From positions 34,336,388 to 34,400,387 of the forward strand of contig NC_092670.1 of the NCBI RefSeq assembly GCF_964355755.1: DNA of 64,000 bases. The letters run 5' to 3'. The position numbers and the translations under genes were made by a program. This DNA comes from Antedon mediterranea. Its lineage: Eukaryota > Animalia > Echinodermata. Within the stretch, counting starts at the first letter, position 1; each line of letters opens with the position of its first letter. Shown piece after piece: positions 38,301 to 50,803 of the stretch. The notes under the pieces are model-generated. The model ran no database searches. It worked only from the letters and a program-made list of their open reading frames with translations, and was not told where the DNA came from.

Positions 38301-41300
38301 TTGCAAAAACCTAACTCATGAGGTGGATTTTTCAATTAACACCTTAAACCGCCAGCTGATAAGGAGCAATTTGACCTTATTCGTGTAATAAGGTGCACGA
38401 AATATGACCTAGCTACTGCTAGGTAAATTTGTTTACATTTGTAAATTTGTTGTAGTTCAAACAGTTCGTCTGGTTAGCCCTAAGTGTAATTTAGTTACAC
38501 ATGTAATTTAGTTTAAAGTTCGAACACAGCCCAAGTGTAATATTTATGTTTTCCATTGTTACAGGTACTTGACGAGTCTGGTCCCGCACACATGAAAAAG
38601 TTTAGGATGAAGTGTACCTGCGGTGATTTTGTATGTGAAGGAGAAGGGCTGTCAAAGAAACAGGCCAAGCACATTGCAGCAAATGCTATGCTAAAGAAGC
38701 TATGCACTCTACCAAGGGTAACAACTCTGTACAGGCCTAGGCCACGCTTTCCAAAGAAAAGCAAGAAAACCAAGTCTATTTCTAAAGTTAGTATATATTT
38801 TTTCCTTAATTATTTTTTATTTTTCCAAAATTATTCTGCTGCATTACTGCAGTAACTCATTAACCTTCTTATCCAATTAATTAGCAAGCGCTTTTTTCAA
38901 CTAATACCTCATACATACTGTTTATTGCAGTAACATCTACATTGAAACAAAAATCAAAAGGTGTATTTACTTGGCCCCAAATTATGGGAACAACTACCAA
39001 TTCAGCTGAAATCCAAGATGTCCGTAGCCAGTTTTAAAATCACCTACAGTATAAGCAATCACTAATTAACAACTACATTTCCTAATTTATCTTTTTTGAG
39101 ATCTGTTTTGTTGATTTTACAGTAAATAACCACTTATTAGTTAGTTTTAACTTTTTTGGCATAATTACTTGATAATATTCAATGTTTTTTATATATTTTT
39201 TTCCTTATAATATTTTTTTGTCGCCAATTATTTAGATTTATTAGTTTTCTTGTCATGTCGACAACTGTTCAGGTGGTCAATGCTTAAAGTAATTTTTACT
39301 TATTTTGATCTCCTTTCACACATTGTCTTCTTTTTTCTTTTCTTATAGTTCATATATCTGTTCCTTTTGTTCAATGTGTGGAAAATAAATAAATGAAACA
39401 AACAAACAAACTGCAGTAACTGCAGTAGAAATAGGTCGAAATAATCCCTTAAATAAACAAACAACAAAGTGGCATGAGAATGTAATAGAGTGGATGGTAG
39501 TGAAGTAGTTCATATGCTTGCTTATATTATTAGTACCAAATATGATAGTGATATGTCTACATTTTTTAGTGATATAAATAACATCATCATGTCCATATAT
39601 AGGCACATTCACATGTTGTCTTTCTACACTATCAAACTTTATGTGAAAAAAAAATGCGCTGTGCCCATATATGGACATGATGATGCCATATCACTACCAT
39701 ATTCAGGCACATCACACTATTTTTGTCAAACTAGTTTGATAGTGTAGAGAGAGCTTTAGACTGCTATTTGATGTACTATAAAAAATAAATATTGTACAAT
39801 ATTCAATATTTTGTATATTCTATCAATAGGCTGCTGCTACAAGTCCTGAGCTAAATGCTGCCCTCAATCCCATCAGCCGACTTGTCCAGATTCTTCAGAA
39901 ACAAGAGAAGAAAGTAGAGGCCATGTTTTCAGTGATTCAAGAAAAAAAGTTGCCTGTTAGAAGACGAGAGTTCACAATTCAGGTAGAAATTCAATCCGTG
40001 CTGCCACCCTCTATTCCATCACCACCCTCATTCTTCCTCCGACCCTTCCCCCTTCCCCTCTTTTTTTCACCACCATTTTCTTTACAATTACTGACGTACA
40101 GAAATCGAGATAAATAATACAGATATACAAACTATGCAAAATTATGATTTGACATAATAGTATACGAAACCCACAGCAAAACGCAATAGACAAATAAATG
40201 ACTATGTTCGTAAAGGTTTCAAAACACAGCATGGTTAGCCTTTCGTTTCATGACACACACGAAACTACAAAACTAATAATAATGAAATACTTTTTATAAA
40301 GACTACTGAAATTAATTATGGCAAATTGAGAAGTAATTTTTCTTCTCCCCTCCTCTTGTATATATTCCTTACACAATTATTAATTCCAGTAATTTGTCCT
40401 AATATAGTGTATGGCTGGCCCTCACAAGTGCACAGGTGTGGGACCAACCAAAAAAACAGCCAAGAAAGCTGCGGCAGAGGAAATGCTGAGACTTATGGGA
40501 TACGAAAGCGAACAAGTGCCAAGTGTCCGGCCAGCACTGAAGAAGGCATCAGCAGAAACAGGGGTAAAGACCTTTTTCTTAATTTCTAAATACCTTAATA
40601 CACCTTTCCAATTCTAAAGGCAAAAAGCAGTTATTGTTATCGTTGTTTACAAAACCTTGATAGTATAACATTTCATGACCTATGACCTAAATCTACAATT
40701 GATGTATTATCTGCCTTATTGGATTTTTGTCAGAGGAGTAAAGTTATAAAAAACTAGATTTGAATAAATGTTTGCTTGCATTGTTAAATTTTGTGAGAAA
40801 TTGGTTTTAGGAAATTTATTATTATTATGAACCCTGTAGAATATATTGTATTTATTGAATTGGAAGGTCAACTCATAAAATGTATTGATGTATCATTCTA
40901 TTTTAGACAAAAGATGAAAAAGCAGACAGGAAAGTTACATTTGCTGCAGATGCAAAAGGTATTTTAAAACCACCATAGAATTGTGTTTTGTATAAATGTT
41001 AATTATATGATAGTTAAAATGTGATTTTTACCATTATAGCTTATTAAGCTCTGTCTACACTATCACACTTTATGTGACAAAAATGTCCCATAATGGACAC
41101 AATGACATCATATAATACCATATATGGGCACATCACACTTTTTTGTCCAAAATAGTTTGATAGTGTAAACAGAGCTTCTACACTATCAAACTTTATGTGA
41201 AAAAAAAATTGTAATGGACACAATGACACCATATAATACAATATTTGGAAACATCAAATTTTTTTGGTCAAAATAGTTTGATAGTGTAGACAGAGCTTTA

Positions 41301-42519
41301 TCCCAAAATCCAAATTGCACTAGAAAAAAAAATCTTCATAATGGTAAATCTTGCATATTTAGTATTATGCTTGTTTGTTTTTGTTAACCTTTATTCAATT
41401 GATTATTTCGTTGTTATTTGTATACAGCAGGACGATCCCATGGGCTTGTACCAGGACTGCTTCCAATGTTACCTGGAATGACCTCGCCAGGATTTGCAGG
41501 TATACGCTTATAGTACAGTAGTAATCAAACTTTATGTGACAACAAAATGTGATGTGCCCTTATATGGACACGATGATGTCATATCACTACCATATTTGGG
41601 CAAATTTTTTCACATAACGTTTGATAGTATAGACATAGTTTTAGAGTGTATACTTAGAGGTTCTCAACAGTGTTGTATTGTAGGCAAGTTTGTAATTTAC
41701 AAAATAATCTTGTGAGCCAGATATAGAGCATTAAACCTTAAGTTCTGTCTACGCTATCAAACTAGTTTCACAAAAAAAGTGTGATTTGCCCAAATTTGGT
41801 AGTAATATGACATCATCATATGGGCACATCACATATTTTTGTCACATAAAGTTTGATAGTGTAGACTAAATTCTTTTTTCCTTGAGTGTCAATATATGCC
41901 AAAAATGTTTTTTAAGATTATATAAAAAAAAACAATTAAACATTTTTTTAGGTATTAACCGTGTACCGCCAGTATCATCCAACAACAAGCAGTCGCAGAC
42001 GACCGCAGTGATCGCACGTGAACTGCTGACAAACGGACACTCTGAGACGGCGGCAGAACTAATCAAAGCTGGTAAATCACATACTATAGGCTTAGATGAA
42101 GACGCAAAGTTGGTGCGCCCTAAAACTCAGCTAGAATATTTAGGTCAACTTCAAGGACTAGGCGTTCACTTTCAAGACTTTCCAAAGGTATTTAAAATTG
42201 TGTTTACTGCAGTACTTGATGCTTTACTGCAGTAACAAAGGTCATATATTTTACCCAAAAATATTTTTTTCAAATTACATAAATATCTTGTTTCTCTCAT
42301 TTTTGTATGAGTTAATTTTTTTTTACTCACTGTTGCTAAACAACATTTTTTATATTGCAGAGCAACAAATCTGAGTTTATGTCACTTGTGTCCGTCACCA
42401 CTAGCCCAAAACTAGTTGCCCACGGATCCGGCCCGACCACTGAGGCATCACACGACGCAGCGTCAATGACTGCCCTGAAGTTGCTTTCTGAAATGGACAA
42501 ACAGCACGAAATGCCATAA
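35321..42519 (+). CDS. stau: Double-stranded RNA-binding protein Staufen (STAU2-like, five dsRBDs)
   Basis: Coding exons 35321-35563, 35750-36255, 36645-36804, 37377-37422, 38014-38102, 38565-38786, 39830-39982, 40408-40563, 40907-40958, 41428(or 41431)-41499, 41952-42187, 42361-42519 (TAA). Motifs: MANPKEKTPMCLLNELARFN (dsRBD1), split dsRBD2 with Pro/Tyr/His-rich insert, KSEISLVYELA...ESGPAHMKKF (dsRBD3), NPISRLVQI (dsRBD4), RKVTF, TAVIARELL (swapping motif) and dsRBD5. Confidence 0.96.
36892..37296. mobile_element. MITE family A copy interrupted by a LINE ORF2 fragment (36986-37248)
   Basis: MITE halves with CACTACCATATTTGGGC duplicated (36969-36985 and 37249-37265) around an insert translating YIRPVLECACPLWHSSLT...*KVQKRALRCIY...SYENVL...SLEARR, a CR1/L2-group post-RT segment. 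Confidence 0.7.
39500..39757. mobile_element. Cluster of MITE family A copies in opposite orientations
   Basis: Inverted partial copy at ~39500-39615, then TTCTACACTATCAAACTTTATGTG...GTTTGATAGTGTAGAGAGAGCT. Confidence 0.65.
41046..41866. mobile_element. Four MITE family A copies (41046-41300 tandem pair, ~41520-41640, ~41740-41866) flanking a small Staufen exon
   Basis: Repeated CTACACTATCA...TGATAGTGTAG termini with an ATGGACAC...CCATATTTGGG core. Confidence 0.7.
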
Positions 42520-42762
42520 AAGAGTTTTCCAGTGAAATTTAGTAACATGTTCTCAAAGTTGAAATTGGTGCATGCTTGCTTGTTTCATTCATTACATATA
42601 ATATATCAAAATATGACCATACTATTGTAATTAACCTTTGACCTTGTAGTAAAGTAGAAACACACGTACAGGATGTTTACTAACATGTAAATAGTTTGTC
42701 AACATACGTAAGTTGAAAAAGTAAATTTGAAGATTCTGATAGATTAGAAACAAACTATAACA

Positions 42763-43166
42763 CAGGTGTTCTCAACAGAGATAACCTTTGGGTCAAGTTC
42801 AGCCTACGAGTGAAATTCATATGGCCCGCAAAGAGCAACTGCTAATTAATATCCCTAAACCCATGAGATTCCAGTTCGTAACGCACAGGCCTGATGCCCC
42901 TAGTTTAGGAACCCCAAGTGGCCCTCCAACGCTAGAGGCCTCGGATGCTTTTAGCCTTTTTCTACATATTTTAATGCCCGTTTTTTCTACTTGGCACTGC
43001 TCAGGGACCCCTATAAGCTCCGGGGCCCCTGGGTTTAGCCAGTGAGCGCTCATAGCCACTGTCCTCGCCCCATGTGACCCTACACTCTACAGTACAGTAT
43101 ATCTAGCCTGCAAGATTATTTGTATATTACAATCTGGTCCACGATAGAAACTGTTGAGAACACCTG
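42763..43166. mobile_element. hAT-type MITE in the probable Staufen 3' UTR
   Basis: TIR CAGGTGTTCTCAACAG / CTGTTGAGAACACCTG. The flanks CTATAACA and CTATAGTA match at 6 of 8 positions, a decayed 8-bp TSD. Confidence 0.75.
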
Positions 43167-44199
43167 CTATAGTATCCGCTATGAAAGAAAGAACAGAATA
43201 AAATTACCATTCTTTGAATGATAACCAATGATTCAATCATTTTTAATTAGAAATTTATCAATTGTAAGATTATTTGTTTAAGAATTATTTATTTGCAATT
43301 GAATTGTTTTACTCTTATTATTTTAATACAAACCTGCTTTATTACTTTAAGAATACATTTTATTATAAGCAATTATATTTGAAGGTTACTATAGCATGTT
43401 ACAAATGTAAAAATAAAGTCAGAAATTGTCGTCAGGCATGCATGTCGGAAACTTGTACAGGTTTTTATTTTAGTTTGTCATTTCATTTATTTATTCGACC
43501 CCAAAAGCAACAGAGTCACCATAACATATGATGTCTGGGGGCTCGGAGGCATTTTTTCCCCTATGCAGTTAAGGCAAAAATCATGAATAATTCATTAGAA
43601 TAATTAAGACGTAATATGGGACATTATAGAAGGCGCTATATAAGCATGGAGAGAAAAAATAATATGTGTAAACAGCGTTTGCCAACCGAAATGTTTGGTC
43701 TAGTGGTAAAGGCTTTATTTAACCTATTACACTGGAGGTACAAGATTAATAGTTGAGAGAGATTAATTAGATGGTTAGGTGTAGTTTATTTAGTAAGTAG
43801 ATCAGCTATCTTGCAATTTCTTATAATAGAAAATAATTAACATTATTCATGATTTTTTCCTTAACTTCATAGGAAAAAAATGCGGAGTTTTGTCTTAATA
43901 TTAGTAAAAAGATAAATATTTTGAATATCAAACAATCAATTTGTTTAAAGGTTTTTGTTAAGATAATAACGAAATCATAAATGTATATATGGCTCTGTAC
44001 TGAGGGTTCTCGGCTTAACATAACACCAGCAGAGTCTTTGAAATGTCCATCATCCAGGCTGCGGCAAAAAATCGCTTCTCGTCGTTTTCACGTCGTGGCT
44101 CGCGCCAATCTGTTTTAATCGACGCGCGTATCGTGTGGGTCTACACAATCCGGTAAAAGAAAGCCGGTTTTTTTTGCATTGTGGTCCTGTTAAATACAA

Positions 44200-44400
44200 A
44201 ATAAATCTTGGGGAAAAAAAATAGTTTTGTGAAAAAAAATATGATCGAAATCTAGCTTTGAATAAAGCAATTGTTGGAGAATTTTTAATTTCAGTACGGT
44301 AGGTTATTCCATATTTTAGCGACTGCAACTTTGACGACGAGCTCATCTTACCAAAGAAATTATTATTATATAGTTCTTTGATCTTACTAAGGCATACAGT
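44200..44400 (-). mobile_element. Decayed L2/CR1-group LINE 3' fragment
   Basis: The minus strand encodes, across a frameshift, AVAKIWNNLP...EIKNSPTIALFKARFRSYF, typical of the ORF2 C-terminal WNxLP...FK motif. Confidence 0.5.
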
Positions 44401-45358
44401 AGTAGGGTATTGTAATTAGAAAAGAAAATGAAGATCCTACAAAAATTCTTACTTTTCACACAACACAAAGTAAACGAAGAGGTCGGAAAATACCATCAGT
44501 ACTTGATAAAGTTGTACAACAAAGTCAACTTACTAGATGCAACTTCATTGGAAATTTATAATTCCCAGCAATGTGTTAACTGTATATATGAACTGTTTTA
44601 TAAGTTGTTTTGTGACTGTGCAATTTGGTAGTAGTCACTCTCATACTGTACATTTAAAAGTAACACATCCAATGCCAACTTTAAGTCAATGGCTACCAGA
44701 TGTCTCTGTGAGACGTTTATTTGAATTACCAGTACCAGTACCAGTTATAATACTGCTGCTGGACCTTATTTTGGCGCATTCTTTTTGGGGAAATACAGGA
44801 AAAGCGCGTCATTATTTGCGCGCCCGAAGATATAGCACGCATTGCGCGTACATAGAAACATGTATCCCCGTGAAACAATTCACCACAACAAATAATCATA
44901 CCTACGAATTCGCTTAGTTGAGAAGTACACGTACTTACAAACTACGCTATTAAATTGCCTGTTTTCTTAAAGCACGGTTTGTCAACCAAACATTGGTAAG
45001 CAATACAAATAAGTTTTTTTTTTAAATCATCGGTAACCTATCGGTAACCTTTTTTTTTTTTAATTGCTGTAAAATCGGAATACGTATTATAGCCTAGTGA
45101 AAAGGTTCATCTAGGCCTAGATGTCTTGTTACAATTTTTATAGACCTAGTAGTAGCCTAATGGGTTACGTAGTAGAAGTTTAGTTAGACTGATGATGTCA
45201 TCTACAAAATTTTGTTGATTTTTCTTTTATTTTTTTAAAAGCAATTCAATAAAATAATCAAATAAATGTTACTTTTTTTTTCCATCATTGAGATTTCAAT
45301 TCAGATATTATTTATTTAATTCTATCATATATGTTTTCAGCTTTCTTTTTTACCAAGG

Positions 45359-48300
45359 ATGGGTAGAAAAAAGAAAAATAAAGTTCACCCTGACGCCAAT
45401 AAGGCCGCTGGATCAAGGTAAGCCCAAAATGTAGCCCGCAGTCTGCTGACATAAGCCTTTTGATAATTTGGCAGTTTCTTTCTTTGAACACGTCATTCAA
45501 CATCTATAGTACATGTCAAAATTATTCTACTGCAGTAACTATATATTTCATGAAGTAACACATTATTTTAGTTTGCTTCAAAGTCTACGAGACAGTCACT
45601 ACAATAAAGAGTTTGATTACACCCCACTCAAGCACCTCACACGAAGATGCTTTTAAAAAAAAATAATTGCATAAACAATGAACAAAGTGTAGATACTGCA
45701 GTAGCTGCAGTACAATTTTGGTTTAAAAAAAAATATATATAAATACAACATTTTCTTTAAAATAATGAAAATCTTTCATTGTGGATTTTAATTCTAATAA
45801 TTTTATTGTAGGGAGGATAATGCATCATTTGCAAGCCGCTTCACAACCTTCATCTTTGGAATGTGCATGCTGAGGCAAGCGCCAACAACTGGCAGCTATG
45901 AGAAAGTTCCGAAAAAAGAACAAGGTTGTCAGACTTCCGGTGTCCAGAATCAGCAGGAGGCGACCACAAAGAAAGACGCTTGGTGCCAATACTCTTACGC
46001 AGATGGCAAGTCAACTCGAAATGCATCTGTTCAAACCCGTTCCAAGCGAAAAGGGAAAAAGACGATTGTCATGAAAGATGCCTCGTGCCAATACTCCCAA
46101 CCGGATCCCAAGATAATCTGCCATGCATCTGTTCAGACTGAGGAAAACCAGAAAAAGACGGTTATGAAAGATGCCTCATGCCAACCGGATCGCAAGACAG
46201 CCTGTCATGCATCAGTTCAGACTCTACCCAAAGAGTTAAAGAGTACATCAACGACAACTTTACCAATGAACGACGGATTATGCCAAGTCAATGATGCAAG
46301 TACCATGACCTCTATGTTGTGTCAATGTGGTGACGGACTCCTGCCTCCTGCCAAGAACCCAGGTGTAACTGCAGCAGAAGCTACATCATCTGTATCTAGC
46401 TGCTCTAGTAGATCCTCCATTCAACCAGATAGTGAATCTGAAAATGAAGAAGACATCTGTAAATACACAAGTCTGATCCGAAAAGTTGCCCAGTGGAAAA
46501 AGGGGGTAAATTACAGACTGAAGGATCTAGAAGCACGTCTATCATTTGACCTTCCGACTTGTAATGATATTATCAAACCTGTCTTATGCAGAGGTAAAGA
46601 AATAATTATTGGGAATGGAACATCTGGTTTAATGAAACTAGCAGAGAAAATATCAGAAAGTGGTTCAGCAACGATGATTGCAGTGAAGTCCATCGATCCG
46701 ACATCTGTCCTGGAGGAAAAACCAATGTTAATTTATGAAAAGAATTATTACATTAGGAAAGGTTTTATTGAGGCCAAAATACTGTCAAAATTATCAGATT
46801 GTGTACTCTTCCCAAAGATTTATGGCATACATCATGATCCAGATGAGCATATATTGGACATTTATATGGAACTCTTTAGCATAGGTGGTTATCATAATGC
46901 TTCACTTCAGGAGTACCTTCAAGAAAACAAAGGCATCAAGAATGAACATTCTCTACTACTATGGCTTCTCATTGCTTATGACATCACATCTGGAATCCAG
47001 GTCTTGCACATTAACGGATATCTGCACAACAACATTGCATCGCGCAACATTGTTTTGACAAATACGAAGGAACGAGTGTGTGGAAGAATCGTCGACCTTG
47101 GTTCCGTATCACTTGCATCTACACAACAACCAAGACTTTACCAAGAAGACTTCAGTAAGGAGGAGGAAAGAGAAAGATTTTCTACTATTTGGCCGGAAGT
47201 TGCTCCAGAATTCATAACTGGTGACTTTTTTTTTTTTTTTTTTTTTTTATTTTTTTTTTTTTTCATTTTTTTTTTATTCATTTCAAAAAATACAACCATA
47301 ACACAAATCACTTAAATATAAAGTAATAGGTATCAAAAAGATATGAACGTTTAAATAAAGTAACTTACAGTGATCAAACAATATTAAAAACTATAAATTA
47401 TTAATTCCATTTTTTTTTAAAAGTAAATAATTAATTAATTTGGTAAATGCTGTGTTTTCCACAATTATGTAACTAATCTAACTAAATATAATTGTATTAA
47501 TCAAATTAGCCAGAGATATACATTTACTAACATATTAATTTTTTTTTTTGTCTTTACATAGCAATAATAAATAATACTCATATTTATACATACACATACA
47601 TACACACAAATATATCTTAATCTGTACTATTACCAAGGAACTATAATATATTTGTGTTAATTAAAATCAGATACATACATTTAACAACATAACCATTTTT
47701 GTTTCTTTAAAATAATACATATATATTAATAAAATACATATTTTTAATTATCTGTATTGTAACCAAGGAACTAATAGTATGCCTATAATAAATACTTAAA
47801 TATATCTAACAAGTGCAAATAATAATTTCTGGTTTACATTTTAATTTAATACAATAATAAAGAGCAAGCGTAATAATAATAATAATACACAAAAGTAAGT
47901 CATTTCCTCGAGAAACAGTATCGTTAAGTTATCAAATATAATCTTCTATTAATCTCCACTTTTGTCTGAAATTATACAATGTACTTCTTTTAGAAGCAAT
48001 GTTTTTCTCTACGTTATAATTAAATTTTAACCGATTAAAGAAAACCTGGAAGACTGGCTTTTTGTGAGTTAATTTGTAACTAAATATAATTTTCTTAATC
48101 AACAAAATACATAGATTTAATAACATATCAGGATTTTCTGTATTGTAACCAAATAATATGGAGGTTTTATCAAGGTAAATCTTTGTTTTTGAAATGTTTG
48201 GTTGCAATGTTACATTCAACCAAAAGATGGGTCATAGTTTCACTATTTGATTCACAATAGGAACACATATTACTCGGCACAATATTCATTTTATGTAGTC

Positions 48301-49960
48301 TACTATTAGTTGACAAGCAATTCACATTAATTTTATACTGAAATATTCTGGTTCTTACCTCCTGAGAACATTTAAATGGTAATACATAGATATTTTCCCA
48401 TTTATCGCTATCTACACCTAATTTATCCTGCAATTTACTTTGAGATGTTGGTATTTTAAAGATTTTTTTAATTAAGGCTCTGTATATATTTTTTGTACTC
48501 ATACTTTCTAATTCTTTCTCTTCATTCTTTACTTCCACTATAAACCCTCTCTTTTTATAATTTGTTCGTAAAAACCCTAGCTTCATGTTTGCTTTCCACT
48601 GTGGGGGTATTGCAGATATCGTCATTCTCCAGTGCATGAAATTACTTGTCGATAAGCCTCTCTTTATCCACGTATTAAAGGGAATGATATTACCGTTTTC
48701 ATAAAAAAGGTCGCTTACTAAACATATCCCAACATCTCTGAGGCTCTTGTAATAAAATGGCTTGCCATGTATATGCATGTGCCTATTAAACCATATATAT
48801 TGGGACCCTTCGTTTACTGTATCAGGATGTATTAATTCGAAATAAGCGTTTAACATATCCTTATAAAACAATGGAATATTTTTCCAACTACGGACACAGT
48901 CCGCGCTTACATTACAATAAAAAATAGTGTCGCCTCCTTGCTTATTTAGGAACCTATGTAGTAGAGATCTCCATGCTGCATTGACATTTATGTTATATCG
49001 TTGTATCCATTTTATTTTTAATGCCTTAAACATACTTTTGATATCTACCATTTTTAAGCCGCCTTCTTCAATATTCCCAATTAATGTTGTTCTTTTTATC
49101 ATACCTTTACCACCGTTCCATAAGAAATTAAATAGAATTGTTTCAATTGATTTAACTACATGGGGCGGTATATGTATGACAGATGCTAAATATATAAATT
49201 GGGATATTGCGAATGTTTTAATTAAAATTATTTTTCCTGCTAAGGTTAGTTGTCTGGTTCTCCATATGTTTAATATTGTTTTTAGTTGTTTAATTTTCGT
49301 TTCGAAATTACATTTTTCCCGTTGTCTTTCATTATAAGAAAAGTAAACTCCTAATGCTTTTACTGGTTGTTGTGGCCATTGCATATGTATTGGTTTGTTT
49401 TTACATCGCCTATTTGAACCAAGCCATATAGCCTGCGATTTGCTTATATTTAATTTCAAGCCCGATATTTTTGAAAATTTCTCTATTAAGTTAATTATAT
49501 TTTTTGCTGACACTTCATCTTTCAAAAAGCATGTGGAGTCGTCTGCATATTGAGTTATTTTAATTTCTCTATTATTTACTGCAATCCCCTTAATAGTTTT
49601 ATCGTCTCGTATGGCACATGCTAGTAATTCTATTGATAGGATAAATAAGTAAGGGCTGAGGGGGTCACCCTGTCGTACACCCCTTCCAACTAGAAAATAA
49701 CTTGATGACTGCCCATTATTTATCACGCAACTACTGGTGACTTGGTCGAGACAACGGCTACCGACATCTATGCTCTAGGAGTTTTGTTTAAAGAGCTCTA
49801 TGACCACATTAATTTACCAGAACTTCAGATTTTGAGCCGCGATATGACAGCAGAGGATCCTAGCCAACGCCCATCCGTTAAAGATGTTTTAAATAAACTT
49901 CACAAGTATATTTGTACAGAGAAGGCAGCACTTGGATTTGGAGATGTCAAATTTGTTTAA
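45359..49960 (+). pseudogene. Protein kinase-like gene (~563 aa if restored) disrupted by a LINE insertion; catalytic loop HNN
   Basis: Exon 45359-45417 (MGRKKKNKVHP...) splices in frame to a large exon from 45812. Motifs are IGNGTSG, IAVK, alphaC E, YMEL, LHNNIASRN, IVDLG and VAPE. Removing the LINE and one TSD restores EVAPEFITGD-LVETTATDIYALGVLFK...DPSQRPSVKDV, ending at TAA 49960. Confidence 0.85.
47228..49732 (-). mobile_element. 5'-truncated L1/Tx1-clade non-LTR retrotransposon
   Basis: ORF 49726-48170 has RT motifs GVRQGDPLSPYLF and QYADD and a zinc-knuckle C-x2-C...H...C. The C-terminus continues in another frame (48219-47932). It has a ~650-bp AT-rich 3' UTR, a poly(A) seen as a T-run at ~47226-47276, and TSD ACTGGTGACTT at 47217-47227 and 49733-49743. 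Confidence 0.93.
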
Positions 49961-50803
49961 AGCTCATTCAATAATTCTAATATTCAATGTAAAAAAATCA
50001 ATAATCTCAGAAAATTAATTTATTATATGGCAGTCGCTAATAATTTGTATTCATCACCTGGAATAAAGTTGATTTTAAGGAAATAAATCCATAAATAATT
50101 TAATACTTTGTATGTATTCAGTTTCTCTTCACAATGCTTTTACTAAATTTCTCAACCTAATGGAATAAAATATGTCAACTAATGATTACTTATTACGCCA
50201 AAATGATAACTATGGCAATGTACTGCTGCATCCATCTTAGATCATTGACGAAGGCTAGGCCAGAAATCTAGGCTATTCAAAAAGGCAATGCTCTAAATTC
50301 GAACGCAGAGTAGAACCTGAAGCAAACTACAGTATCTGTACGAGGAGGGCAACTAATCTTCCAGTCTTAGTTCTTTTCGCTCAAAAATCCAAACATGCAA
50401 GTCAAAACAGCCCTTACGGTAGCCTAATCTAGAACATTTTAATGCAAAAAGTATGTCCATATGACTGTCCGTTAATGAGTTATGAATGTTTAAGTAACTT
50501 TAAGAAAATAATATGGCCGTTATTTGGCTACGCTTTGCACATATTTTTATTGTTATCTTCGATATCGTGACATAAAAAAGGCGTATTTCCAGTGGAACTA
50601 TTCGCAACTCCGGTGGTTACCGTACGTTCCTGGCCTTCCTATGTGCTTTCATCTCATTAATTAACCCACTTAGCTTTAATAATGTTTAGAAAAAAATGTG
50701 GTTCCATGTGATTTTGTTTTCTTCAGTGCTGAATAACTGGCACACTTCTAAGTAAACAGTATATAGCGATTGCTTTGCTCTACCAATTTTTAAAGGCAAA
50801 ATT

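Noticed and set aside
47226-47315. Poly-Phe transmembrane tail on the kinase ORF
   Set aside because: This is read-through into the antisense poly(A) of the inserted LINE.
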